Shown: piece after piece, positions 1-7,432 of the stretch
Numbering within the stretch: the stretch's first letter is position 1
Layout: every line of letters starts with the position of its first letter
Source of the DNA: Candidatus Sumerlaeia bacterium
Lineage (GTDB): Bacteria > Sumerlaeota > Sumerlaeia > SLMS01 > JANRJK01
NCBI GenBank assembly: GCA_033764015.1
Contig: JANRJK010000041.1
Coordinates: forward strand, 1 to 13,718
Length of the DNA: 13,718 nucleotides
Direction: 5' to 3'
Notes under the pieces: model-generated
Databases searched by the model: none
What the model saw: the letters and a program-made list of their open reading frames with translations, nothing else
What the model was told of the DNA's origin: nothing
Translations under genes and position numbers: made by a program

Positions 1-194
1 ACCGGCCGCCCGCGGCCCATACGGCGCCCGCCCCGCCCGCGCCCGCGGCGGCGCCGTCGCAGGCCCGGGACGCGGCTCCTCCCGCCCACCGGGCGGCGGA
101 GGCGCCGGCCCCTCCGCCTCCGCGCATGGAAGGACCGCCCGTGCTCGGCCCGGCGCGGACCCCCCGGGAGAACTGGGAGCTGCTGAACCGGTGA
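1..194 (+). CDS. 3' end of an upstream gene (partial), Pro/Ala-rich low-complexity C-terminus, function unknown
   Basis: The frame starting at position 3 is open to TGA 192-194 (RPPAAHTAPAPPAPAAAPSQ...PRENWELLNR*). The stop overlaps the GTG start of the next CDS as GTGA, the same coupling seen twice more in this window. Confidence 0.55.
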   Translation, partial: RPPAAHTAPAPPAPAAAPSQARDAAPPAHRAAEAPAPPPPRMEGPPVLGPARTPRENWELLNR

Positions 195-2845
195 CCCCGC
201 CGCCGCGCGCGCGGGCCGCGCAGATCGCCGCGGCCCTCGCCGGCGTCCCCGCGGTCGCATGGATCGCGCTCCACGTCGTCAACTTCTGGCGCACGAATCC
301 GCCGCTCTGGAGCGGCCCGCCGGACCTGCCGCACGGCGTGTGGTCCGCGCTGTTCCTTCCTTGGCAGTGGTGGGGGCACAACGTGGCGCCCTGGCCCATG
401 GCGCAGGCGCTCCTCGCCGCCGCGCTCACGCACATCCTCGGGCTGATGCTGCTCACGGGGGCGCAGGTCTACGCCCGCGGCCTCGCGCGGCACGGCCTGG
501 CGTTCACGCTCGGCGTGGGCGCCAGCGGCCTCCTCTTCGAGCTGCTCGCGATGGCGCACCTGCTGACGCCGTGGCCGGTGCGCATCGCGTGGCTGGCGAT
601 GCTGGGCGGCGCGGGGTGGTGGGCCTCCTCGCGCGCCGCGCGCCCGGTCGCGCGCTGGTGGAATCCGCCGGGCGCGGACGGCGCGGAAGCGCCGGGCCGG
701 CTCGACCATCCCGACTGGCACGAGCGCCACTGGCGCGCGAACTTCCTCGCCGACACGCTGCCGCCGGATCCGGCGCCGCTGCGCTTCTTCACGGGCGTCG
801 CGCTGGTGCTCGCGGCGGCGATCACCGCGCTGACGTTCTGGCACGCGCTCGCGCTGCCGGAGAGCTACTGGGATTCGCTGATCCTGTACCTCGGCTACGC
901 GCGGATGACATTCCTCGAAGGCGGCTTCCCGTTCAAGGCGGAGGCGCAGGTCGGCATCGGCCTCGGGGCGAACTACCCGCACCTGTACCCGACCTACGGC
1001 GCGGCGTCCTCGGCGCTCTTCGGCGAGTGGAACGAGCTGCACCTGCGCTTCGCGGCGCCGCTGGCGGCGATGTGGGCGACGGCGATGCTCTACGGCGCGC
1101 TGCTGCTCGCCACGCGCTCGCGCCCGGCGGCGGCGGCGGGCGCGCTGCTCTTCCGCCTCACGCCCAACGCGGTCTTCTACTCCACCTACGCGTCGGACTA
1201 CGCCTTCTCGTTCCTGTTCGTGGCGGCGCTCGCGCTGGCGGTGGCGTGCTTCGCGAAGATGCGCACGCTGGGCGCGCTCGCGGTGCTCTTCGCCATCCCG
1301 GCCGCGGCGTCGCACCTGAACTACCTGATGGTCACGCTGTGGGGTCCGGCGGTTCTGGGCGTTGCCGCGGGGCTGTGGAACCCGCGTCCGCTCGAAGCGC
1401 CGCCGGCGCCGGCGGAGGAGCCGCGGCCCGCGCCGCCGCCGCTCACGATCGAGGAGCTCGCCGCCGACGATCCCGACCCCGCGGTGCCGCCGGGGCCGCC
1501 GCTTTCGCCCGACGCGCCGGGGCCGCTGGCGATTTTCGCCAACCGGAAGGCTTGGATTATTTTCCTGGTTTTCTTCGCACTGGGCGGCACGTGGTTCGCG
1601 CGGAATTATTTTCTGACCGGAAATCCTGTTTATTCATTTTTCCCCGAGATATTCACCAAGAGCGTGCGCGTGAACACCGACGTCCTGCGCAGCGCGGAGA
1701 TCGAATGGTTCCGCAACGGCGACGGCATCGGGCGCCTCGCGGAGCAGCACCGCGACCTCGCCGCCGGGCGCGAGCCGCGCGATCCCTACGCGGAGGGCTT
1801 CCGCCGCGAGGCCGCGCTGGCGGACCGCCTCTCCGCGAGCTGGCGCTTCTGGAGCGGCGGCGAGCCGTGGCGCTTCGACGCGGACGGCGATTTGCGCCTG
1901 GGCGGCTGGGGCGCGCGGCTGCGGCACCTCGCGTCCGGCAGCCCGCCGAACGAGCCCGGCGCGCGCGGCGTGCTCGAATGGCCGCACGCCTACAAGATGA
2001 ACCCGACGTTCGCGGGCTTCCTGCCGCCGGGACTGCTGGTGGGGGCGGCGGTGCTCGGGGCGGCGCTCGCGCGGCGTCGCGGCCTGCGGCCCGAGCTGGT
2101 CGCCACCACCGCGGCGATGGGCCTCTTCCTCGCCGGCTTCCTCGCCTATATGTATCTGATCGCGGACTTCTACCTTTACCAGATCGTTTCCGTGACGGTG
2201 GCCGGCGGGTACTTTTCGGCGCTCGCCTTGTGGGCGCTGCTGCGGACGCCGGGGCGCTGGGCGCGCGCCGGGTTGGTGGTTGCCTACTCGGCGCTGCTGG
2301 GCGCGTCGGCGCTGGTGCCGGGCGTCGCGATGGCGATGATGAACGCGAAACTGATCGGCGAGGGCGTCGTCTCGGGCCAGCGCTTCTCGCAGACGCGGCT
2401 CGACGCGCTCCGCAACCCGGGCCTGCCGCCGGAGATCTTCCACCGCGTCGTCTACGGCGAGGAACCCGCCATGTGGGAGTACGTGAACACGTTCCTCAAG
2501 GACCAGCGCCTGCTGACGCACGAGAACCGCCACTACGTGTTCGACCCGTCGATCACGCTGGTGCACCTGGACGACTGGGCGGTGCAGCAGGGGTGGGGCC
2601 TGGCGACGCCGGAAGAGACGGCCGGATTCCTGAGCGGCCTCGGGTTGCGCTTCTACCTGTACATCCCCAACGAGGACCGCCACGAGGTGAACCGGCGGCT
2701 GGGGATGCGCGCCGTGGTGGATGCGGGAATTGCGAGAAAAATCCTCCAAGCCGGCGACAGTATTCTTTACGAAATCCCCGGGCCCTCCGAGGCGCCCGGC
2801 GACAGCCCCGGCATGATCCTGGAGCTCCGCCAACCCGCGGAATGA
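191..2845 (+). CDS. Multi-pass membrane protein, GT-C fold glycosyltransferase-like (PMT/GT39/ArnT-like), 884 aa
   Basis: More than 12 hydrophobic segments. The first large loop motif PESYWDSLILYLGYAR...NYPHLYP resembles the GT-C 'P..WD...YH' acidic loop. WFARNYFLTGNPVYSFF resembles the 'WY.RN...TGNP..P' motif common in this group. There is a soluble C-terminal domain and strong GC3 codon bias in this frame. Confidence 0.7.
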   Translation: MTPPPRARAAQIAAALAGVPAVAWIALHVVNFWRTNPPLWSGPPDLPHGVWSALFLPWQWWGHNVAPWPMAQALLAAALTHILGLMLLTGAQVYARGLARHGLAFTLGVGASGLLFELLAMAHLLTPWPVRIAWLAMLGGAGWWASSRAARPVARWWNPPGADGAEAPGRLDHPDWHERHWRANFLADTLPPDPAPLRFFTGVALVLAAAITALTFWHALALPESYWDSLILYLGYARMTFLEGGFPFKAEAQVGIGLGANYPHLYPTYGAASSALFGEWNELHLRFAAPLAAMWATAMLYGALLLATRSRPAAAAGALLFRLTPNAVFYSTYASDYAFSFLFVAALALAVACFAKMRTLGALAVLFAIPAAASHLNYLMVTLWGPAVLGVAAGLWNPRPLEAPPAPAEEPRPAPPPLTIEELAADDPDPAVPPGPPLSPDAPGPLAIFANRKAWIIFLVFFALGGTWFARNYFLTGNPVYSFFPEIFTKSVRVNTDVLRSAEIEWFRNGDGIGRLAEQHRDLAAGREPRDPYAEGFRREAALADRLSASWRFWSGGEPWRFDADGDLRLGGWGARLRHLASGSPPNEPGARGVLEWPHAYKMNPTFAGFLPPGLLVGAAVLGAALARRRGLRPELVATTAAMGLFLAGFLAYMYLIADFYLYQIVSVTVAGGYFSALALWALLRTPGRWARAGLVVAYSALLGASALVPGVAMAMMNAKLIGEGVVSGQRFSQTRLDALRNPGLPPEIFHRVVYGEEPAMWEYVNTFLKDQRLLTHENRHYVFDPSITLVHLDDWAVQQGWGLATPEETAGFLSGLGLRFYLYIPNEDRHEVNRRLGMRAVVDAGIARKILQAGDSILYEIPGPSEAPGDSPGMILELRQPAE

Positions 2846-2849
2846 GGCT

Positions 2850-2870
2850 CCGCGGGGGCCTCCCCCGCGG
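2850..2870 (+). terminator. GC-rich hairpin directly after the GT-C stop codon (terminator or 3' stabilising stem, no U-tract)
   Basis: Perfect inverted repeat CCGCGGGGG-cct-CCCCCGCGG starting 4 nt after the TGA at 2843-2845. Confidence 0.4.
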
Positions 2871-2948
2871 GTCGGGCCGCGCGCGAATCGCCAACTCCCC
2901 GTTGCCGATGCGCGATTCCACCGCCGCCGCCGGGACAATGCGGGTCGG

Positions 2949-2966
2949 TTTTCCACAGTTTCCACA
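2949..2966 (+). promoter_or_regulatory. Two abutting DnaA-box-like 9-mers
   Basis: TTTTCCACA (2949-2957) matches TTWTNCACA exactly, and GTTTCCACA (2958-2966) has one mismatch. Confidence 0.4.
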
Positions 2967-3007
2967 CTTCCGCGCAAACCCCAGAAAACCCTATTTCGAT
3001 CAAGCGG

Positions 3008-3078
3008 TTTTTTTGTCGCCGCGCGACTTTTTTTTCTTTTTTTCGCACTTGAAAATCGGCCGCGGGGTCGAGCACCCT
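3008..3078 (+). promoter_or_regulatory. Candidate sigma70-type promoter with upstream T-tracts (UP-like) for the VirD4-like gene
   Basis: TTGAAA at 3049-3054 (-35-like), with a weak CACCCT 18 nt downstream (3073-3078). T-tracts lie at 3008-3014, 3028-3035 and 3037-3043 in an otherwise very GC-rich sequence. Confidence 0.35.
3015..3035 (+). terminator. Possible weak intrinsic terminator (alternative reading of the T-rich tract)
   Basis: GTCGC-cgc-GCGAC is immediately followed by T8, but the stem is only 5 bp. Confidence 0.3.
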
Positions 3079-3243
3079 CGCACCTCCCCGCCGATGCGCA
3101 CGGCGCGGACCAGAAACACCCCCCGGCGGTGCCCCGCCGGAGACTTGGAGAAAGTCCGGAAGGTCCCACCAACGCAGGAGGCCTAAGGGTCGCTCCCGAC
3201 CGCTCCCGCCACTCTCCCGTTCCCCTCCCCAGGAGAGCCTCCC

Positions 3244-5007
3244 ATGGCCACGCAGCACCCCTTGCAGCCCATCGACGGGCTGCACCCGATCCACCTTGGC
3301 TACCGCCTGCCGCCGCCTCCGCGGCGCAGGGGCGAGACCACCACCGGTCCCTCCGCCCTCACGGCGCCGGAGGAATCCACCAGCACCTTCGATCCGGACG
3401 CGGGGCGGCGCGCCGACGCGCGCATCCCGCCGGACGCGTCCGCCGCGGCGGGCGCGCGCCCCGCGCGGTTCCGCCGCGGCGCCGTCGAGCCGCTCACCTA
3501 CGACGACACGCTGCATCTGCTGACGATCGCGCCCACCGGCGCGGGCAAGGGCCGCCGCCTCATCATTCCGGCCCTCCTGAACCAGAACCGCCAGGTGGTC
3601 GCGATCGATCCGAAGGGGGAGAACCTCGCCGTCACGGCGCGCCAGCGCGCGCGGCTGGGCCAGCGCCCCCACGCCGTCGCCCCCTTCGCCAAGGGGAGCC
3701 TGCACGGGGCGGTCGCCTGCGGCATCAACCCGTTCGACATCCTCAAGCTCCCCGACGTCGACCTCGAGGACGAGGCCGCCCGCCTGGCGCACACGCTCTG
3801 CCAGAACACCGGGGGCGCGCGGAACTCGCGGGGGAACGCCTCGGACCCCTTCTGGGACGCGAACGGCATGGGCCTGGTCGCCGGCGCGGTCCTGCTCATC
3901 GTCAGCGTGATGCCGCCGGAGAAGCACCACCTCGGCACGCTCTACGACCTGCTCCACGGCGACGACGTCGTCTACAACCTGGCGGTGCTGATGGACACCG
4001 CCGGGGCGAAGGCGAAGCCGAAGACGAAGCCGGGCAAGGACGGCCCGCCGCCCCCGGCCGACAAGGCCGCTCCCCCGGCGGCGGGGGACGGCGACGAGGG
4101 CCGCGGGCGCATGAACCACTCCGCGTACCAGGAGGTCGCCGCCTTCCTGCAGATGCCCGAGATGACGCGCGGCGGCGTCCTCGCCACCGCCCAGTCCTAC
4201 CTCAAGATCTTCCGCAGCCCGAAGGTGCAGGCCAGCGTCCGCTCCACCGGCTTCCCGATCCAGGCCTTCATCGACGGCGCGCCGATGACGATCTACCTCG
4301 TGCTCCCGACGAGCAAGCTCGGCTCCCACGGCACGCTCCTCAAGCTCTGGACCTCGACGCTCATGCGCCTGGTGCTCGAGCGCGAGCGCATCCCGGAGGG
4401 GCCCACGCTCTTCCTCCTCGACGAGGCCGCGCAGCTCGGGCACCTGGACGACCTCGAGCGCGCGGTCACCGTGGGCCGCGGCTACGGCATGCAGGTCTGG
4501 AGCTTCTGGCAGGACCTCAGCCAGCTCGAAACGCTCTACCCGTCGAGCTGGACGGGGCTGGTGAACAACTGCGGCGTGGTGAACTGCTTCGGCGCGCAGA
4601 ACCACCTGATGCGCGGCGAGTGCGCCCGCCTGATGGGCGTCCCCGTCGAGCTGGCCGCGGACCTCGCCGCGGACGAGCAGCTCGCCATGATGGACGGCGA
4701 GGTGGTCCGCGCGTTCCTGCCGGACTACCTCTCGGATCCCGCCTACGAGGGACTCGCCGACCCGAACCCGTTCCACGCGCCGCCGCCGCCGCCCTCCGCG
4801 CAGGAGCCTCCGAAGCCCGCCAAGCCGGCGAAGGCGGAGAAGAAGCACCAGCGCGAGCCGAAGCGCCGCCGCCGCGCCGACGCGCAGGGGCAGCTCCAGT
4901 TCCCCGAGCCCCTGCCGCCGCGCGGGGTCGGCGCGGAGCCGCCCAAGGACCAGAAGCCGGCGGAGGAGAAGAAGCAGAACCAGCAGCCGAAGCCCACGGA
5001 GGGCTGA
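3244..5007 (+). CDS. VirD4/TraG-family type IV coupling-protein-like P-loop ATPase, no N-terminal TM anchor, 587 aa
   Basis: HLLTIAPTGAGKG Walker A (3529-3552, VirD4-type GKG), VVAIDPKGEN, INPFD, DPFW, TIYLVLP, LFLLDEAAQLG Walker B (4408-4425) and GRGYGMQVWSFWQDLSQLETLY...NC are all characteristic VirD4/TraG motifs. SD AGGAGA lies at 3231-3236. Confidence 0.9.
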   Translation: MATQHPLQPIDGLHPIHLGYRLPPPPRRRGETTTGPSALTAPEESTSTFDPDAGRRADARIPPDASAAAGARPARFRRGAVEPLTYDDTLHLLTIAPTGAGKGRRLIIPALLNQNRQVVAIDPKGENLAVTARQRARLGQRPHAVAPFAKGSLHGAVACGINPFDILKLPDVDLEDEAARLAHTLCQNTGGARNSRGNASDPFWDANGMGLVAGAVLLIVSVMPPEKHHLGTLYDLLHGDDVVYNLAVLMDTAGAKAKPKTKPGKDGPPPPADKAAPPAAGDGDEGRGRMNHSAYQEVAAFLQMPEMTRGGVLATAQSYLKIFRSPKVQASVRSTGFPIQAFIDGAPMTIYLVLPTSKLGSHGTLLKLWTSTLMRLVLERERIPEGPTLFLLDEAAQLGHLDDLERAVTVGRGYGMQVWSFWQDLSQLETLYPSSWTGLVNNCGVVNCFGAQNHLMRGECARLMGVPVELAADLAADEQLAMMDGEVVRAFLPDYLSDPAYEGLADPNPFHAPPPPPSAQEPPKPAKPAKAEKKHQREPKRRRRADAQGQLQFPEPLPPRGVGAEPPKDQKPAEEKKQNQQPKPTEG

Positions 5008-5009
5008 GG

Positions 5010-5933
5010 CTAGCCGCGCTGCAGGTCCACCGCCGCGCCCGGCGCGGGGAGCCCGACCGGCTCCACGCGCCAGGCGCCTTCCGCCAACCGGTGCAGCGCG
5101 ACCGCGAGCGCCGCGCCGTCCCAGCCCAGTTCGAAGAAGCCGAGGTCGGGGGCGGATGCGCCGCGCTGGATCATCGTCGGCGAGCCGGCGTTCAGGTACG
5201 CGATGTTGGGCCGGGCCGCGCTCCGGAACGCCCAACGGTAGTGGTGGTGGCCGTGGAGGAACAGGACGGGCACGCCGAGTTGGTTGAGAGAGTCAAGCAA
5301 TGGCGCCGCGCCGCGCAGCTCGCCGCGCCGCGATGGTTGGAGCGGCGGCGGCGGGTCCTCGCCGGGGAAGTGGCAGAGGACCAGCAGCGCGCGGAGGCCC
5401 GCGCGGAGCGGCTCGAGAGCCGCGCGCGCGCGGGCGGCGTCCTCCGGCGCGACGCGCCCGAAGCTGCGCAGGCCGTTCGCGCAGCCGCCGTCGAGCTGCA
5501 GCAGTCCGAGGCCGGGCGCCAGCTCCTCCGCGCGCGGGAAGCCCGCCGGCGCGCCGAGCGGCTCCGCGAGGTGGCGCTCGAAGAGCAGCCCCCGGCGGGC
5601 GCCCCCCGTGTAGCGGTCGTGGTTGCCGGGCACGGCGCGGACGCGCCCCGCGAGGGCGGGCTCCGCGAGGATCGCGCTGGCCGCCGCGGCGAACTCCGCC
5701 GGCAGCGCCGTGGTGCTGAAGTCGCCGGAGAAGAGCGCGGCGCCGGGGCGGAGCTCCGCCGCGCGGGCCAGCACGCGCGGGGCGGCCTCCGCGGTGGGGA
5801 ACTTGAGGCGGCGCTTCAGCAGCAGGTTCGCGACACCGAGCGCGCGCTTCCCGAGGTACGAGCGGGGATCGCCCGGCACGGCCCAGAAGTGCAGGTCGCC
5901 GATGTGCAGCGCGCGGAAGGGGGAAGCGCTCAC
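5010..5933 (-). CDS. Calcineurin-like metallophosphoesterase (CpdA/Icc-like), about 307 aa
   Basis: All five metal-binding motifs are present: HIGDLH, SGDFS, VPGNHD, LCHFP and HGHHH. The GTG start at 5933 overlaps the flippase stop (GTGA). The longer 5010..7229 ORF call is an in-frame extension under the flippase gene. Confidence 0.88.
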   Translation of the reverse strand: MSASPFRALHIGDLHFWAVPGDPRSYLGKRALGVANLLLKRRLKFPTAEAAPRVLARAAELRPGAALFSGDFSTTALPAEFAAAASAILAEPALAGRVRAVPGNHDRYTGGARRGLLFERHLAEPLGAPAGFPRAEELAPGLGLLQLDGGCANGLRSFGRVAPEDAARARAALEPLRAGLRALLVLCHFPGEDPPPPLQPSRRGELRGAAPLLDSLNQLGVPVLFLHGHHHYRWAFRSAARPNIAYLNAGSPTMIQRGASAPDLGFFELGWDGAALAVALHRLAEGAWRVEPVGLPAPGAAVDLQRG

Positions 5934-7432
5934 CGGAAGAAGGCTCCGACGAAGGGGATGGCGGCGAGGGCGCGCCCGATGGCGGGCTCGCGGCGGTGGA
6001 TCCGGAAGGCGAGCGCGCCGGCCGCGTACAGCGCCCCGCCGACGCCGACCTGCGCGAACACGCCGAGCGGCGCCGCCAGCCACACGCCCAGCGCCATCAG
6101 CGCGGTCGCCGCCGCGGGCGCCGCGCAATCGCCCAGCGGCAGGAACGGCAGGCCGATCCGCTTCGCGAACCAGGCGTCCGCCAGCAGCACCACCAGCTCC
6201 GCCACCGCCACGGAGACCGCCGCGCCGAGGTAGCCGTGCTCCGGCACCAGCGCCAGGTTCATCGCGATCTTCACCGCGACGCCGAGGCTCTCGGCGTACA
6301 GGTGGTACTTGATGCGTCCGGCGGCGAGCAGCACGGCCGCGTAGAGGAACGACCAGAACCGGAAGAGGATGAAGGGGGAGAGCCACGCGAGCGCGCGCCA
6401 GGCGCCGCTGTACTCGTCCGTGTGGAACAGGTCCATCACGCCGGGGGCCGTGAGCGCCAGCCCCGCGGTCATCGGCATCGCGAGCACCGGCAGCAGGAAG
6501 AACGCGCGGCGGAAGATGCGCTGGAACTCGCCGCGGTCCGCCGCGAAGTTCCGCGACGCGGTGGGCGTGAGCGCGTTCGACACCATCTGGCCGAGCAGCA
6601 CGAGGCCGAAGACCTTGTCGTAGGCGACGGAGTAGAGGCCGACCTCGGCGGATCCGCGGATCAGGCCGATCATCACCTGGTCCACGCGGTACATCAGCAT
6701 GCCCGCCACGGCGTAGAGCGCGTGCGGCAGCGCGTCGCGCCAGTGGCGCCGCAGGAAGGCGCCGTCCGGGCGCCAGCTCCCCCGCATGCCGGCGCGCCGC
6801 AGCGCCGCCTCGAGCACGAGGCACTTCGCCAGCGGCGCCAGCAGGCACACCAGGAGGAACGGGCCCAGCGAGCCGAACGCGAAGAGCGCCGCGAGGCCGA
6901 GCGCGAAGAACACGACGCGCTCCGTGGTCTCGCCCGCGGCGATGGGGGAGAAGCGCTCCAGCGCCATCAGCGCGCCGCGCTGCAGGTAGAAGTGGCCGTG
7001 GACGATCACCACCCCGAACGCGAGGAGGAAGATGCCCATGGTGGGCAGGTCGGCGCGGAACATCCCGGCGCCGAGCCCCGAGGCGCCCAGCGCGGCGACC
7101 GCCGCCGCGTAGAGCAGCAGCGACGACGGGTACGTCAGCGTGCGCAGGCCGAGGTTGCCGGAGTAGTGCCGCGCGAGGTCGCCGCGGTCCTTGCTGCCGC
7201 GCTCGATCATCAGCGTCGCGTAGCCCCAATCGAGCGCGATGTGGAAGAAGCCGCCGAGCGCCAGGACGAACTGGAACTTGCCGTAGGCGTCCGCCTCGAG
7301 CCTGTTGGCGGCGACGGCCAGGAAGACGACCGTCAGCACCTTCCCCAGAAGGTTCGATCCCAGGAGCCAGGCGCTGTTGCGGGCGATGATGCGTCCGCTC
7401 GTTTCGGGCGGGGCGGGGACCGGCTCCGTCAC
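5930..7432 (-). CDS. Oligosaccharide flippase (Wzx / MOP superfamily, polysaccharide biosynthesis protein), about 500 aa
   Basis: N-terminal IARNSAWLLGSNLLGKVL...LEADAYGKF...DWGY and mid-protein YRVDQVMIG...EVGLYSVAY are typical of the family, and there are about 12-14 TM segments. The GTG start at 7432 overlaps the tadA stop (GTGA). Confidence 0.88.
   Translation of the reverse strand: MTEPVPAPPETSGRIIARNSAWLLGSNLLGKVLTVVFLAVAANRLEADAYGKFQFVLALGGFFHIALDWGYATLMIERGSKDRGDLARHYSGNLGLRTLTYPSSLLLYAAAVAALGASGLGAGMFRADLPTMGIFLLAFGVVIVHGHFYLQRGALMALERFSPIAAGETTERVVFFALGLAALFAFGSLGPFLLVCLLAPLAKCLVLEAALRRAGMRGSWRPDGAFLRRHWRDALPHALYAVAGMLMYRVDQVMIGLIRGSAEVGLYSVAYDKVFGLVLLGQMVSNALTPTASRNFAADRGEFQRIFRRAFFLLPVLAMPMTAGLALTAPGVMDLFHTDEYSGAWRALAWLSPFILFRFWSFLYAAVLLAAGRIKYHLYAESLGVAVKIAMNLALVPEHGYLGAAVSVAVAELVVLLADAWFAKRIGLPFLPLGDCAAPAAATALMALGVWLAAPLGVFAQVGVGGALYAAGALAFRIHRREPAIGRALAAIPFVGAFFR

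Noticed and set aside
3044..3050. Minus-strand AAGTGCG resembling the IncQ/MOBQ nic core
   Set aside because: Only 7 nt match, the following CCCT is absent, and no relaxase is in the window.
3105..3170. RNase P RNA resemblance (GACCAGA...GGAGAAAGTCCGGA versus GAGGAAAGTCCGGGC)
   Set aside because: The motif is imperfect, under 100 nt remain before the next CDS, and I found no 3' ACAGAA.CCGGCTTA-type signature.
3094..3186. 30-aa ORF MRTARTRNTPRRCPAGDLEKVRKVPPTQEA as a coding feature
   Set aside because: It has no SD and no recognisable motif. It is mentioned only as part of the possible leader.
3191..3230. CRISPR array or iteron-based plasmid origin
   Set aside because: The repeats are only 5-8 bp with no spacers, and there is no cas or rep gene.
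2846..5009. Intact integrative/conjugative element or genomic island
   Set aside because: There is no integrase, relaxase, VirB genes, flanking direct repeats or tRNA target, and the ATPase codon usage looks like that of its neighbours.
5934..7229. N-terminal extensions in the ORF track (phosphoesterase to 7229, flippase to 7636, GH to 9502, AsmA to 11490, DUF4954 to 13454)
   Set aside because: The extensions overlap other genes or precede better starts supported by SD sequences, GTGA coupling or signal/anchor peptides.
7351..7361. GGTTCGATCCC tRNA T-loop-like motif (also GGTTCGACCCC near 12299)
   Set aside because: There is no full T-stem or cloverleaf, and both lie inside well-supported CDSs.
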